NCBI RefSeq assembly: GCF_001194135.2
Contig: NC_068992.1
Location: 30,026,593 to 30,090,592, forward strand
Direction: 5' to 3'
Origin: Octopus bimaculoides
Taxonomy: Eukaryota
DNA: 64,000 nucleotides
The notes under the pieces were generated by a model that ran no database searches, was not told the origin of the DNA, and saw only the letters and a program-made list of their open reading frames with translations. Shown here one piece after another: positions 1 through 13,220 of the stretch. The position numbers and the translations under genes are program-made. How positions within the stretch are numbered: position 1 is the first letter of the stretch; the number at the start of each line of letters is the position of its first letter.

Positions 1-99
1 TTAGATAATAAACTATCTAACATGTGAAACATTCCACGCATAAACTGGAAGCCTTCTGTAAGATGATGGGGACGCCGAAAGCAATAGGAAATACAGAAT

Positions 100-540
100 A
101 AGAATAGTGATATCGATATTTCAGCGAATGTACAAAATCTAATGATAAATACTCTGGAAAGAAACATTAAAGCCAGCTGTTCAACACCCTCAGACTACAA
201 AGGCCACTATACTCAAAGTGAACATTCGAGTAAACTGACAAATTGTGTAAACATTTAAGGATGCCCGAGGAAAATTGTGAAAATTTCGTATACCTTGATT
301 ACATGAGAAACAAAGAGGTTTAATATAGAACATCGTCTTGCAGAATATAACGATGGATTAAGATGACTGATAACTTACTGTGGTAGTGAAATAATTGATA
401 AGCATAAAACAACATTACGATAATCAGGAAGAAAGGAAAATGAAGATCATCGTTCATACATGTGACTGTTAACAGACACTGGAATTAAAATAGAACTCAC
501 AACTAAGCAGGAAAATTGAATGAGAACTGCCTAATGATAC
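100..540 (+). pseudogene. Degenerate Penelope-like GIY-YIG endonuclease C-terminal remnant
   Basis: Frameshifted translation gives NIKASCSTPSDYK...NCVNI / CP / ENCENF / ETKRFNIEHRLAEY and NR(D)TGIKIE. This resembles the PLE endonuclease pattern VY.I.C..C...YIGETKR.L..RL.EH...NRD.G. There are many stops and frameshifts. Confidence 0.45.
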
Positions 541-1531
541 ACGAAATACTGGGAGGAAATAATTAACTATAATTCCAAACACTAGACATTTATATCTCTC
601 TCAGCAAGATTAACATGCTCGACGTTACTCCTCATTTATATTTTGTTGCATCACTAGATCATCTTCAATCTTCCTGTTTCTTCATTAGTATTAGAAGTTA
701 CAACTGCATCGTTTCCTTCTTTATCTAACTCCTTAAAATACATTGTAATTTTCATTGTCACCATCATAACCAATACCATAACCATAAGTATTAGACACAG
801 AGATAATATTTATCCCCATTTAAAAATGGATATTCTATTAGAACAAACTATATTGCGGTATATATCATGAGAGAAACTGTCATATGAACTTTTGGTGCAA
901 GATGCACGCTTATACTGCTAGCAAGGAGATAAATCCCCGCTGCCCTCAGCATCGAGACCGACAAATCAAGTGATTTCGATTTTCCGAAGTGGTGTCAAGA
1001 TGGAATGCTAGAGATAGTTGTGACTCATCTCCCCGCCAGCGATATATAGGAAAAATACCCAGAACAGGCACTGGTGTCGCGATTAGCCAGAGAGCTTGTG
1101 AAAAAAGTCATATGTGTATAAGCGATAGAGGCAGTATTAATACCGAAATCACATGTTCCGGTGATCTCAGCGCTTGAGATGGTAGGGACTTAGCTCCCCG
1201 TTAGCGATATAAGAACGGGTGCATATGAGCCAATATGAGAGTTTCTCTCATTGAATCTACCGCAGTATAGTTTGTTCTAACAAAACATCCACATTTAAGT
1301 GGGGATAAATATTAACTCATGGTATTAATACTGTCGCTGTCCATTAGATGTATGATAAAGTTATTGCTATATGCGTTCGATCCTTGGCCAGCGTTCTTAG
1401 ACATCGTGTTTTAACCTAACAGCGCATTTATTGTTATTCTCCCATTATATTATCCCAGCAAGAGTGCAGATCCAGATTAGAAGGTAGCAGGTTTTCAATG
1501 CGATACATGATGTAATTTCAACAATTCTACA

Positions 1532-1745
1532 AGGGTGGCGAGCTGAGAGAATCGTTATTGCACCAGATAAAATGCATAGCGGCATTTTTACCTACTATCT
1601 TTCTGAGATGAAATAGCGCCGGTGTAGAATTTGCCTCTCATCATTTTGTGGGCGATAGATTAAGTATCAGTGGTGCACTGGGTTCGATGGAATTGATGTT
1701 TCCCTTCCCACAAAATGCTGGTCGTGTATCAAATTTTGATACCAA
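1532..1745 (+). mobile_element. SINE family A (Pol III-type head), diverged copy
   Basis: Matches the other in-window copies: ggtggcgagctg...aatcgtta...tttgcctctcatc...ctgggttcgat...aaattttgatac. Confidence 0.75.
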
Positions 1746-4700
1746 TTCTATAGGATATTATTTACAAAGCATAGACTATTTATTAATGATACTAGATTGA
1801 ATGAAATAGAAATTAAAAAAAAAAAATTGCAAACAATGCTTAATTGTAGATACTTTAAACAGATGAATTTGAGGAAATATTCATATCTTGAATAATGTTA
1901 GTGATAAGGGAAACAATTTCTGTCGATACGAATATTTTCATTAACTTGAAAGCTAACCTGATCAGTTTGTGATTAAGGATGCCCCCTTATATGACACAAC
2001 ACTGAACTTGCTTTACGGTGTTCACCTCATTATATCCTATGTTGTTGTATATTATTATACTAATGTTTCAAGTTAAATTAGCCTCACCATATTGCTATCA
2101 TAACTGACAATTTAGTTTTAGTTTCCTGTTTCATCTTTCAGATCAGAGTTGATAAGTTTTTGATTGATACTTAGTTCAAATTAATTCAAATTAATTCAAA
2201 TTAATGTGATGTCAAAGTAATTTGACATCACATTAAGGGATGTGTCAGGATGATATATAATGGTTTTCTTATTCCAGGCAACGTGACATTTTTCACGTCG
2301 TCTGTGATTTGATTTTATTATAACCAAAATACAGAAACGTAATTGATACATTCTCAATGTAGAAGATTTGGAGTTAACATTGTCTTTGATTAAATTGGAA
2401 TATTTTTCTCTGTATCATGTTAGATACGCTTTTGAAGCATTTCTATGTATTTGAATGATATATACACAGTGAAATGGTCACTAGCATATAGAATATAAGA
2501 AATCAAGATATTTTAATTAATTAAAATTGCACCTTCAGTGATAAGATCGATCATTATCTTAATGGCTAATGGTAGAAAAAAAGAAGACAGGAATGACAAT
2601 CCTGAACACTTAATTAATTAAAATTAATGGAATATGTAATGTTGTGGGGAATAAGTCTGATATTTGGAAGTGCGTGGAGATCTCCAGACGTTTTTCGATC
2701 TTAATAGCAATTATTTCATCTCATTTGTGGTACATGTAAATGTGACTACCAGATCATAGAATAACATAAAGGATTTACGTTTGTCAGGTATCAATATTGA
2801 GTAAACGAAACTTATAAAAGAATTAAGGGGGAAAATTAAGTGAGGGCCTTTGTTATCGCACTTGGTGTAAGCGACTTCTGACATTAGATTTTTACAAAAA
2901 TAATCGTATTATATATTTCTACTAGGAAGAATTCTGAGGCACACAAGAAATAATTACAGAAAGATGTCAGACATATTCACATAAGCATGTATCGTTAAAC
3001 TCCACATTCACGAAACACGAATAGCACTTAACTAGAATATTAGACCTATGAAATCTCGATGAGACTGATAGTCTCCCTGTCAAATGCATATTCTCAACGT
3101 CGCAATTCGAAAGACTAACTTTTCTCTTCAGAAACAGAAATTGCTTTGTTCATGAAAAATTACTATATCTCTACAAAACTATGGTAAAACTACCAATAAA
3201 GTAAGTCTTCCACATCAGTAATGATGCTGATGCCACATGCAAAGGCATGATGACACTCAGAAAACCACTTCATACATTATGCAAAATATTTACTGTCTCA
3301 TTCCTTTGTAATATTTGTGCACCATAAATGTGACTTCATCTCCTATAAATTGTCATGTTTTAGCCCACATAGGCAGTCCCTCCTTTCTTTTCATACATTG
3401 TGTAAAGACTGAAGCTTTGCAAAAGCTATTAAGCTCTCAACTTAAAACTGCTAAGCAAAACGTAAAATGCCTCATTCTCGCACGCTTCAGAGGGTACGAG
3501 AAGTTCATTGACAAGGCCAATCTTCTTCCTGACCAAACAAAGTATAAACCATACGCACTGATGGAAGGGTAATTCCTTAATAAATCAGTTATTTAAATGC
3601 TTCAAAAACGTTACACGATCAAATATTTGTGAAATATCCATTAGCTTAATTTGAGTTAGTTGAAAAATTGTTCAAACCAATGTAATAGGACATAATGATA
3701 ATGGATTTTGTACAGTATTGTTTCAACTGTTACGTTTGTATATTTACTTTTAACATGAAGAACATAAAGGCACACACATATGCATACATGCATATATGTG
3801 TGTTTGCCCGCGTATCTATATCTATATCTATATCTATCTATCTATCTATCTATCTATATATATATATATATATATANNNNNNNNNNNNNNNNNNNNNNNN
3901 NNNNNNNNNNNNNNNNNNNNNNNNNNNNNNNNNNNNNNNNNNNNNNNNNNNNNNNNNNNNNNNNNNNNNNNNNNNNNNNNNNNNNNNNNNNNNNNNNNNN
4001 NNNNNNNNNNNNNNNNNNNNNNNNNNNNNNNNNNNNNNNNNNNNNNNNNNNNNNNNNNNNNNNNNNNNNNNNNNNNNNNNNNNNNNNNNNNNNNNNTATA
4101 TATATATATATATATATGTACATATATGCATGCTGAATTCTACTAGGAAAATGATTGAGCAGCTTGCATTATGAGTAAAACACAATTTCAAAAATGTACA
4201 ATGCAATTAGGCTTATATTAAACCAAATAGACCAGCAGCTATGAAACCATTCTCTAGCATCTAAACCTTGTATATCATATTTCGCTGAATCGGGCTTTAA
4301 TAATTCATATAAAATACATAATAAATGAATAAACAAATAAATATAAACGTAATAAATGAACAAATGATATAAAACAAATTTATCTTGATATCATTCGAGT
4401 TACTATATGAAGGTATTTCCAATAACGTACAGCTCAAACGATAAATTGCTTTATGTTTATTCTCCTTTAAAACGAAACTATCACCAATGCCAATCATATT
4501 TAAATTAAATTGAGATAAATTCAATTTATATCTTTGTTCTCGTTGCTTCCACCTGAACGATAATCTTATCTAATTGTCTCCCTGCAGGAATAGATGCTAA
4601 AACATACTTAAACGAGTAAATAGGAACAACAAAAATATCCATATATAAATATGAAATAACATCAATAGACGAACATTAATAAAAGTGAAAAATATATTAA

Positions 4701-4886
4701 AATACATATATATTTTCCTTTAATTATTGTTGATGAATGTTTCCAAGGCATACACTAATTTTATTTAATATGTCGTATAACCGGCCAGGTTACCTTGCAC
4801 CCTTCCAGAATAATGGTGTGCAACGAAGTTGCTAGATTATGTTAAAAACTACTTTGGTGCATAGCATTGGACTGATCACATATTAA

Positions 4887-5154
4887 ACCATTAGTGCCAA
4901 AATGTTTTTATTCAATTTATTATAAAAATCTTTTATCATACAACATTATCTAGTACTAAATATATAAAAAAAATATTACAATATTTGAAAGACACTCCAG
5001 TCTTGACGACTAACTAAAGACATCTCAGAAAAATACATATACTTCTGGTCCTAAAAATACATATACTTCTGGTCCTAAAAATACATATACTTCTGGTCCT
5101 AAAAATACATATATTTCTGGTCCTTAAAAAAAAATTACTATGGGCACTGATGGG
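4887..5154. mobile_element. Candidate piggyBac-like MITE containing a 24-bp tandem repeat
   Basis: TTAA|aCCATTAGTGCC (4883-4898) ... GGCACTGATGGg|CCAA (5143-5158). The 11-bp inverted repeat has one mismatch, and the right flank is a possible decayed TTAA. Confidence 0.4.
5029..5124. repeat. Minisatellite, 4 x 24 bp (AAAAATACATATACTTCTGGTCCT)
   Basis: Three identical units and one unit with a single C>T change. Confidence 0.95.
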
Positions 5155-5265
5155 CCAAGCAAACTGAAATGCATACTGATGAGTGTTATTAGGATAAATT
5201 TCAACAATATAAGAGAGGAATAAAATGAATTTTACTGTATCGCGTACACATTTTGAATAATACTC

Positions 5266-5407
5266 TTTTCTTTCTACTCTAGGCACAAGGCCCGAAATTT
5301 TGGAGGAGGGGGGTCAGTCGATTAGATCGAACCCAGTACGCAACTGGTACTTAATTTATCGACCTCGAAATGATGAAAGGCAAAGTCAGCTTCGGTGAAA
5401 TTTGAAA
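5266..5407 (-). mobile_element. SINE family A, 5'-truncated, young-looking copy
   Basis: ctactctaggcacaaggcccgaaatttt...actggtacttaatttatcgacc..gaaa.gatgaaaggcaaagtc is nearly identical to 13221-13430 and to the reverse complement of 31804-32010. Confidence 0.9.
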
Positions 5408-5754
5408 TTTTGAATAATATTGAGTTGAGTTAAACTTTTTCAAAATTTGCTAACTTATTTATTTCGTTCGTAAAGTTACAACAAACGGACCCATGCTTTC
5501 AAATTAGAGACCATCGTGTTGCAGCGTTCGACGCTGACTTTTTGATAGTTCGTTAACCAGACGCTGATGCCAGTTTTTGTTCTTCGTAGCCAAAAAGACT
5601 TTCACAGAATTTCTACTTCCTATTGGAAGATGAAGCGTTGCTAGCGCAGGAAGGGAGACATGGATAGGAACATTATATCTCACGCAAGAAGTCAAGGATT
5701 ATTGTCCTGTATCTATTTAATGAATAAATGGTATCGATTTCTAATATTGGAGTG

Positions 5755-5962
5755 AGGTGGCGAACTGGCACCTGAGCGGCACATGAGCGAACTGGCACGC
5801 TGGGCAAAATATGTAGCTGCATTGTATCCGTCTACGTTCAAAGCTCAATGCCGGCGAGGTCGACACTGCTTTTATCCATTTCGGGGATCAGCAGTGTCAA
5901 TACAATCAACTTGATCCTCTCCTGAAATTGCTAGCCCTGTGCTAAAATTTGAAACCGGTATT
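5755..5962 (+). mobile_element. SINE family A, diverged copy with a short internal duplication
   Basis: aggtggcgaactggcac (gcgaactggcac duplicated) ... gttcaaa ... gaggtcgac ... gaaattgctagccctgtgctaaaatttgaaacc. Confidence 0.75.
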
Positions 5963-6963
5963 TAGCATTGCTGTTGTGTGACACACAAAAGTTTGAATAG
6001 CCAATTATACTGCGCACCGACGTTTGATTGATACGTATTTTACCGAGCCGAATTGATAACAGCTTGCGTTCACAACGGGATTCGAATTTGAAAGGTAAAC
6101 TGATGTGACCATACTACGCAAGGCATCGAATCAGATGGTGTAATGATACAACATGAATTATATTTATGATACATCTTTTCATATTAGCCACGCATGCATA
6201 ATCTATATGTTGATATATCATCTCAATTCTCAAAAGAAACGAATCTACATTCATATACATCGTTAATTCTATTGCCTTAAAGTAAATGGTACTGTCGTCG
6301 ACGATGAACATTACTATCGACGATAAATGACCCAGTTGCTTGTGAGAGCAACTTCTCATTGTTATTAAAGTGTACCTGCTTGAGTATTCTGCAAACGCGT
6401 AAGCCTGTAACAAATATCTCGAGCACTCTGAACTTTGGTATAGATCGCACCTTGTTTCCACCCAGTTCTGTCTATTGAACCTATGAGCAACCGGTTAGTG
6501 GTATGCTCCAATGTATAAGCTAATGCATTTGCCTGAGTGCTCTACGTAAAGTGATTGCGAAGCACATTCTGTAACTACAAGGCCGCACACACAGACACAC
6601 GCACAAACACACACACACACACTCACACACATACTCATTCACTCACGCATCTAATATTATTTTAAGGTAATTTCATGTGATCAAATCAACCACTTACAAT
6701 GTCAAAAAATTATTTATTGCTTCACTATCATCTGATAGTTTTGGTCGACTAAACATCCAACCGATGGAATTCACATTTGGACTTTGAAATTTCTGCAGCT
6801 CACGATATTAATTTATGTGTTTCCATCCCATCATGGGATGACGAAGCATTGTGTACTTTTGAGTTCTTCAACCCAAAATAAAACATATGCACAGGTGTAT
6901 GCATTCCAATAAACTTGTGTTTATACATACATGCAAACATACTTACATACATATATATGTATA

Positions 6964-6998
<35 letters not shown>

Positions 6999-7232
6999 NN
7001 NNNNNNNNNNNNNNNNNNNNNNNNNNNNNNNNNNNNNNNNNNNNNNNNNNNNNNNNNNNNNNNNNNNNNNNNNNNNNNNNNNNNNNNNNNNNNNNNNNNN
7101 NNNNNNNNNNNNNNNNNNNNNNNNNNNNNNNNNNNNNNNNNNNNNNNNNNNNNNNNNNNNNNNNNNNNNNNNNNNNNNNNNNNNNNNNNNNNNNNNNNNN
7201 NNNNNNNNNNNNNNNNNNNNNNNNNNNNNNNN

Positions 7233-7270
<38 letters not shown>

Positions 7271-7734
7271 TTATATATACAGAGAGAGAGAGAGCGATAG
7301 AGAGAGAGAATATTTATCTATCCCTCTACGTGTGTGTATGTGTGTGTGTGCATTTGTGAGTGGGCGCGTGTACAAACAATGGAAAATAAGCGGCCTCCAG
7401 ACCGCTTATTCGCGTTCCACGCTAGATCGATTTTTCACTTGTCAACCTGTGATGGTCTTTCACTACTCATTCCAGTGAGGTATGAACAAGACAGTCATAT
7501 CCATGCAACTCCACCTATACACAAAATTGCTGTCTTATATAATGCACGATACTATAAAGCATTGTACTGCCATACTTGTCACATATTCTTTGTTCTATAC
7601 ATTTTCATACTTACATACTTTAGCACATACACAAACAGTCGCACATATATCATATACATAGAATGTGAATGTATATATCTGTGTGTATGTATCTTGTGCA
7701 TGTATCTTGTGTATGTATCTTTTGTATCTGAAAT

Positions 7735-7939
7735 TTTCCCTCTCTCTCTGTGTCTCTCTCTCTCTCTCTGTCTCTCTATGTGTCTCTCTCTATGTCTCTC
7801 TCTCTCTGTCTCTCTCTCTCTCTGTCTCTATGTCTCTCTCTCTCTATCCATCTATCTATTCGTATGTAGTCTACCTGTCTAACCATCTATCGATCCAACA
7901 TTCTAGCTCTCTCCCTCTCTGTCTATCAATCTACCTGTC

Positions 7940-7991
<52 letters not shown>

Positions 7992-8010
7992 GCTGGCTAG
8001 CTATATATCT
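7735..8010. repeat. Compound (CT)n/(CTGT)n/(CTAT)n microsatellite
   Basis: Directly visible. Confidence 0.95.
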
Positions 8011-8574
8011 ATCTCTATTTATACATCCATATAAACGAGTTTATCCATCGCGTACGTCACGTATACGGAGGTATACGATTAGAGCCCCATTTGAAATCCC
8101 ATCTGCATGTTTGCACATAAATACGTAACTTATACATTATTAACCATTTTGTCTCTATTGCCATATATATAAACGGTTTCTGAACTCGTTGACAATAACT
8201 TCTAATGTCTACCTATATGAAAACATTGTATATTTACCCCTATTGCACTACACACACACACACACACAAACACGGCAAAGCAAAGCAAAACAAAGTAAAG
8301 CAAATACACAAAACTATATCAATTATAGAATGCAACACATTTCTAAGAGACGTTAGAGTTGATAGCATTAAGTCGACGTTCGAAGTAGGAAAACGAACTC
8401 ATTGAGTAAAACTATAGTGCAATAGTATAACGTTTTGGACCGAATACTTCAACAGATACTTAAACGAAATCCAGAGTGAGACGAGGAATAGAGGAAAGGA
8501 AAGTTGGAATTAAATGCTCATGGGCCACCAATTTCACATCTTCAACCTCTGTCTATATATGTATGTATGTATCT

Positions 8575-8846
8575 CCAGAGGGGAGACACATACAGAGCTT
8601 TCTGGAGACACACAATCATAACGGTTCTGCGGACTTCGAGAAAGCCCGAGTCGCAAGAGCTGAACTCAAGAGACGGGAGAGAAAGCAGCGTTTTCTCCTT
8701 CCCAGACCAGCTCCTTCTATCCCTTGTCCACAATGTCCCCGTATTTTTCAAGCAACCCTTGAATTGCTGAGCCAGCTCCGGTTCAAACACCCAGGAAAAT
8801 GAACTGGATTACAAGCTCGGAAACAAGAGACACAGCCAACTACTAC
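8575..8846 (+). mobile_element. 5'-truncated RTE-clade LINE 3' end
   Basis: YRAFWRHTI / NGSADFEKARVARAELKRRERKQR...CPQCPRIFQATLELLSQLRFKH* matches the RTE ORF C-terminus (WR..G...FE..R..KR..RK..CxxC.R.F...GL.SH.R.H). A short 3' UTR ends in GCCAACTACTAC. Confidence 0.8.
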
Positions 8847-8847
8847 C

Positions 8848-8950
8848 ATGTATGTATGTATGTATGTATGTATGTATGTATGTATGTATGTATGTATGCA
8901 TGCATGCATGCATGCATGTATGTATGTATGTATGTATGTATGTATATATA
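8848..8950. repeat. (ATGT)n/(ATGC)n microsatellite
   Basis: Directly visible, immediately after the RTE tail. Confidence 0.95.
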
Positions 8951-9089
8951 TGCACGTACGTCCGTACATATGTATGTACGTGCGTATGTATGTATATATG
9001 TATCTATCATATATATAAACGTATATATGTTCAGGTTTACATACAGCTTATTAATAATTTGTTTGTTTATTCGTTGCTGAAATTTAATG

Positions 9090-10850
9090 ATTCAGTCTTT
9101 CGCTTTCTTCCCTTTGAGCTCGGGTTTCACAATGTTTATGTCATTCCGTTAATTTCCATACTTAAATGCATAGAAGACGTTCGACCCTGTGCCTCGGACA
9201 TGGATGATAGAATCACAACACCTTGCCAAATTACCTGATGCTATAGTGAATACCATTGAAAGACTGACCACAACATGGTCTACGGAGTTATCACTAACAA
9301 CTATTAAAGCAATGGTTAATGTTACAAACAGCATTAACCTATCAACAGACAGTGAAACCCTCGTTAGTTAACAAAATGCCAAGTTTATATGCTGAGATAT
9401 GCAAAAAATAATAATTTTAATGTCATCCTTAGATTCTTTGTTGATGAATTGAAGTTAAATTCTGGTAACACGCTCAACATTAAGACACAATTAGAACTAG
9501 TTACAACATTTTCATGAGTCGTGGATATGGAGTTTGGGCAAGATAAAGGGGCAAGATAAAGGCTCCTGCATGAGAGCCAACCGAAGAAATATTGTTGACC
9601 AGATAACTTGTACATCAATAGCTTGTCGATCTCCCCTATCTACAAGCTTCTCGAAACCGATGAGAAAGCTGCATGCGCTGATGCTGTAGACTAAGCAAAA
9701 TATGGAACTCAAAGCTGCATTTAATAAAACCATATCGCACAATGCTTTTGCAGTGCTAGCCCTAGAAACAATATTGGGAATATTGGACTGGACGCACAAC
9801 AGAATACGAGATTGATAATATCTATGTGAGATGAAGTGAAGGCGGTAGTGGCATATAACATTTGAAATAACATTTGAAAGTCGCCTTGTATCTCTCTGAC
9901 AACAGATGCTGTGCAGTAAAGAAAGGAGTACATTCTATATATATATCAAAAAGTGAGAGTAACAACATTTTCAGAGTTGAAGAACTACTGTGCAGTTACT
10001 CTGATAATATAATTGTATCGTGTGACCTAGTTTGGTATGCCTAAACAGAGGCTGGAGAGAAGCTGACACCATACCAGCAAAAAGCAATGCGCGGGTACTC
10101 ATACCGTAAGTTGGAGGGCAACAACAACATTGACAGGAAGAGTAGCCTATGTGGACCTGCGATAAATACATTACATACCACAAAGAAGGATATGCCTTCG
10201 CTATCCAGCAACTGGAGATAGCTACTAAATAACTGATAAGCAACAGCGACAAAGATAGCACGAATACACCCCGTTGTGCTAAAAATGTCGGCTCTGTTAT
10301 ACCAGTTTTGAATATATCACCCACAACAATTGCCCCAAAATGTCTACGAGATACTACCTACCCCTGAGACATGATATAGTTGCAAAGACTATCCACAAGA
10401 AGGATTGCTCTGGCGTATGCATCAAAGGCATGTCAGAACCGGAATACGTTCACACCATTATAAACAAAGAATACTGGTGAAAACTCCAATGAAATTAGCT
10501 GCCCAGCAGATGTAAGTGTACAATCATATGTTCAAGAGAAAGAGAATATATATGCCTAATTAATGTGGAAATTACAGCTCTTGTATACTGACTCTTAATT
10601 GTCACATGTGTAACTATCATCATAGGAGCATTAGGTTATGCACTAAGAAACTTTCATGAAATTTATGTAGAAATATCAGGGTTTTCAAAGGAAGAGCAAA
10701 TCCGAAGTGGATTCTCCAAACCCAATCTGTTACTGGTAGCGTGAAGACTGGTAAGACATTCCAAAAATTATCCATCTGAGATTCTTTTAGTTACTAGATG
10801 CATACATCGGTAGGTCAACCAACAAATCAACTCAACCACATATTTACAAA
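9090..10850 (+). mobile_element. Decayed RLE-type non-LTR retrotransposon (R4/Dong-like): RT, CCHC knuckle and RLE remnants
   Basis: Plus-strand remnants: KTFDPVPRTWMIES..KLPDAIVNTIERLTTTWST (RT); FVDELKL...QLELVTTFS*VVDMEFGQDK (YMDD-region homologue); ELKAAFNKTISHNAFAVLALETILGILDWT; EGYAFAIQQLEIATK; KCRLCYTSFEYITHNNCPKMSTRYYLPLRHDIVAKTIH (zinc knuckle from 10283); IIIGALG (RLE C-terminus). Frameshifted, with stops. Confidence 0.82.
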
Positions 10851-13220
10851 ACACCGGGAACTCTAGGAGCGTGTTCGTGTTTGCTTCTATGAGATGATGG
10901 ATTTTTTCTGAACTTTGCAGGCGGAAGGGACGAACCTACACTATATAAATTAGACTTTCCGAAAGTACGCGCAAATAATCGTACCATAGACAAGTTGTGA
11001 TGAAGTGAAATTCTCAACCACGCCTACGTGTATGCAATACAAATAATTCCATACAGATATTAGGTGGGAAAATAAAATGGAAACAGAGAGAGATAATTAA
11101 TCATATTTAGCAAAATATTTTCTTATTGCTTATGGAAAGAACCCCCAGGAATAATTTCTTCGTTTTTACGCATTATAATCCCAAACAATTCCTATTTGTT
11201 GATCTTGCCGTTTTAATCCGAACTAAATCCTATAACCTGCCATTTTACAAGTCATTTCAAGACTTCAGTTATGAAAACAAAACTATTCATGATAAATTTT
11301 ATTGAATTAGATAAAAGGAAAATGCGAAAGCCAAAAAGGTTCTGCTGTTTAAATACGTTTCCGAGCAACTGAATGTAATTGTTTCCGTACATGTTAGGCA
11401 GGATTACGATTTAGTTCTATTCATCATTGATTCTAACTTGTATAGCTTAAGATATTGAATCAGGAAAAATGAATAATGCTTAAATGCTGATTTACAGTCA
11501 ACCACATTTGTATACAACCGACCCATTAAGTGTGGAGACGCAACAGATATAACGTTATAAATTTATATTTATATAATTTATATAAATATTGTTAAATAAC
11601 AGCAATTTTGATATATATATATGTTAAAACAAAAATTTTAATTTTACCAAAGGTTTCTAAGTCCAAAATTAAAATTTTAGTTGTAATAATTACTGCTCTA
11701 TCCTCTAGAGTGTGCTTCTTTTCCGATATATGTTCTATTGACTATAAGTCTAAGACATTTCAATTTAAGAGGGAATTTAATAAAAATGATTAAAAAAATT
11801 ATATAAATAATATATTACCTGTTCCAATATATCTCATCTTCTCAAATATCAGTAAAAAAACAACACTTTATTTTCTATATGGGGGTCAAGAACATGTATG
11901 TATATGTGTGCGTGAGTGTGTATGTGTTTGTGTGCGTGTGTGTGTGTATTGTTAGGTAACAGTAATTAACAATGAAATCCTTAGTACTTGTTTTACGAAT
12001 TCACAAAATCACTAAATTATTTTGAAAAATAATTAACGTGGTTCAACTAAATAACGCAATGTGTTATTTATGTGTTTACGCAACTAGAAAATTTAGTAGC
12101 CACTCTCATCGAACGTCAAGAATCACTAGCACTCTGTGGAACTCTCTTTTATGGTGCGGCTTTTATTAGTTGATATAAAGTGTTTTATTTCTCTTCTAGA
12201 TGGAACTTGCGCGTTTAATTATCTAGCAGGCTTCCTTATCAAGTTAGATAACTAATTCGAGCATTTTTATTTTGACTGACAAAAATACGTTGGCTTATAT
12301 CTAGTCGCCATTGTTCAGTAGGTATGTAACTGATCAACACTGAGGAGTTTCCTTATAGAAGAAGAGCAGATAGCAACGACTAGAAAGGGAAACATTGAGG
12401 TATCCTATGTCATTAAATCAACCAAACAGTGAAGAAAAGAAATCACTCCATTGCTTTTTGCCATTATCAACTGCCTTAAACCGATCAATAAGTTGTATTA
12501 AAAATAAATGTTTTAATAAAGAGGGAAAAATAGAGAGAGAGGGAATGTTCCACAGGAAAATGACTTGCGACATTCACTTAAATATAAGCACACAATTCAT
12601 TAAAGAAACAATTCTGAGACTGCATTTCTGCACATTATATTTGTACAACTACTGCAAAGAAAACAATAACCTCATGGAATGGAGTGAAAGGAAATGAATA
12701 GGAAAATATAAAACCATGAGTAATTCAAGAAGCTGTAGGTAAACAGACCTTTCGATAAGACAAAAATAATTCGGGATGCGTTTAACATTGCATTAATGCG
12801 AAAACCATGTGTTATATAAAAAATAAAAAAAATGACGGAAAGCTTCATGTATACCAATCAATGACAGCTGGTGAAAAGCAGTCATTTTGAGCATGAATTC
12901 AACAACTTATAAAACACACAGGGATCTGAAAATGAGCAACGTGCACAGTTTTACAGAAATGAATTGGGAATAAACGAAAATGCAACATGGAACTCAGACA
13001 TCATTAATACAATGTCATGATAATCTAAAGTATAACTTGTCTTACGTGAGGATGCAGGGAATGCTATCACGAAAGGATAAAACTAATTGTAAAAAATACC
13101 AATAAAAACAAATAATACCAGCAGCTGTTAGAACAACAACTGCATCAACTACTACTACTGTGATTACTAAATTTAATATTACTACTAGCACTGATAATTA
13201 GTGGCATTACAAAAATCCTT

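Noticed and set aside
5029-5124. Regular 24-bp direct repeats as a possible CRISPR array
   Set aside because: The units are head-to-tail with no spacers, there are no cas genes, and the context is eukaryotic.
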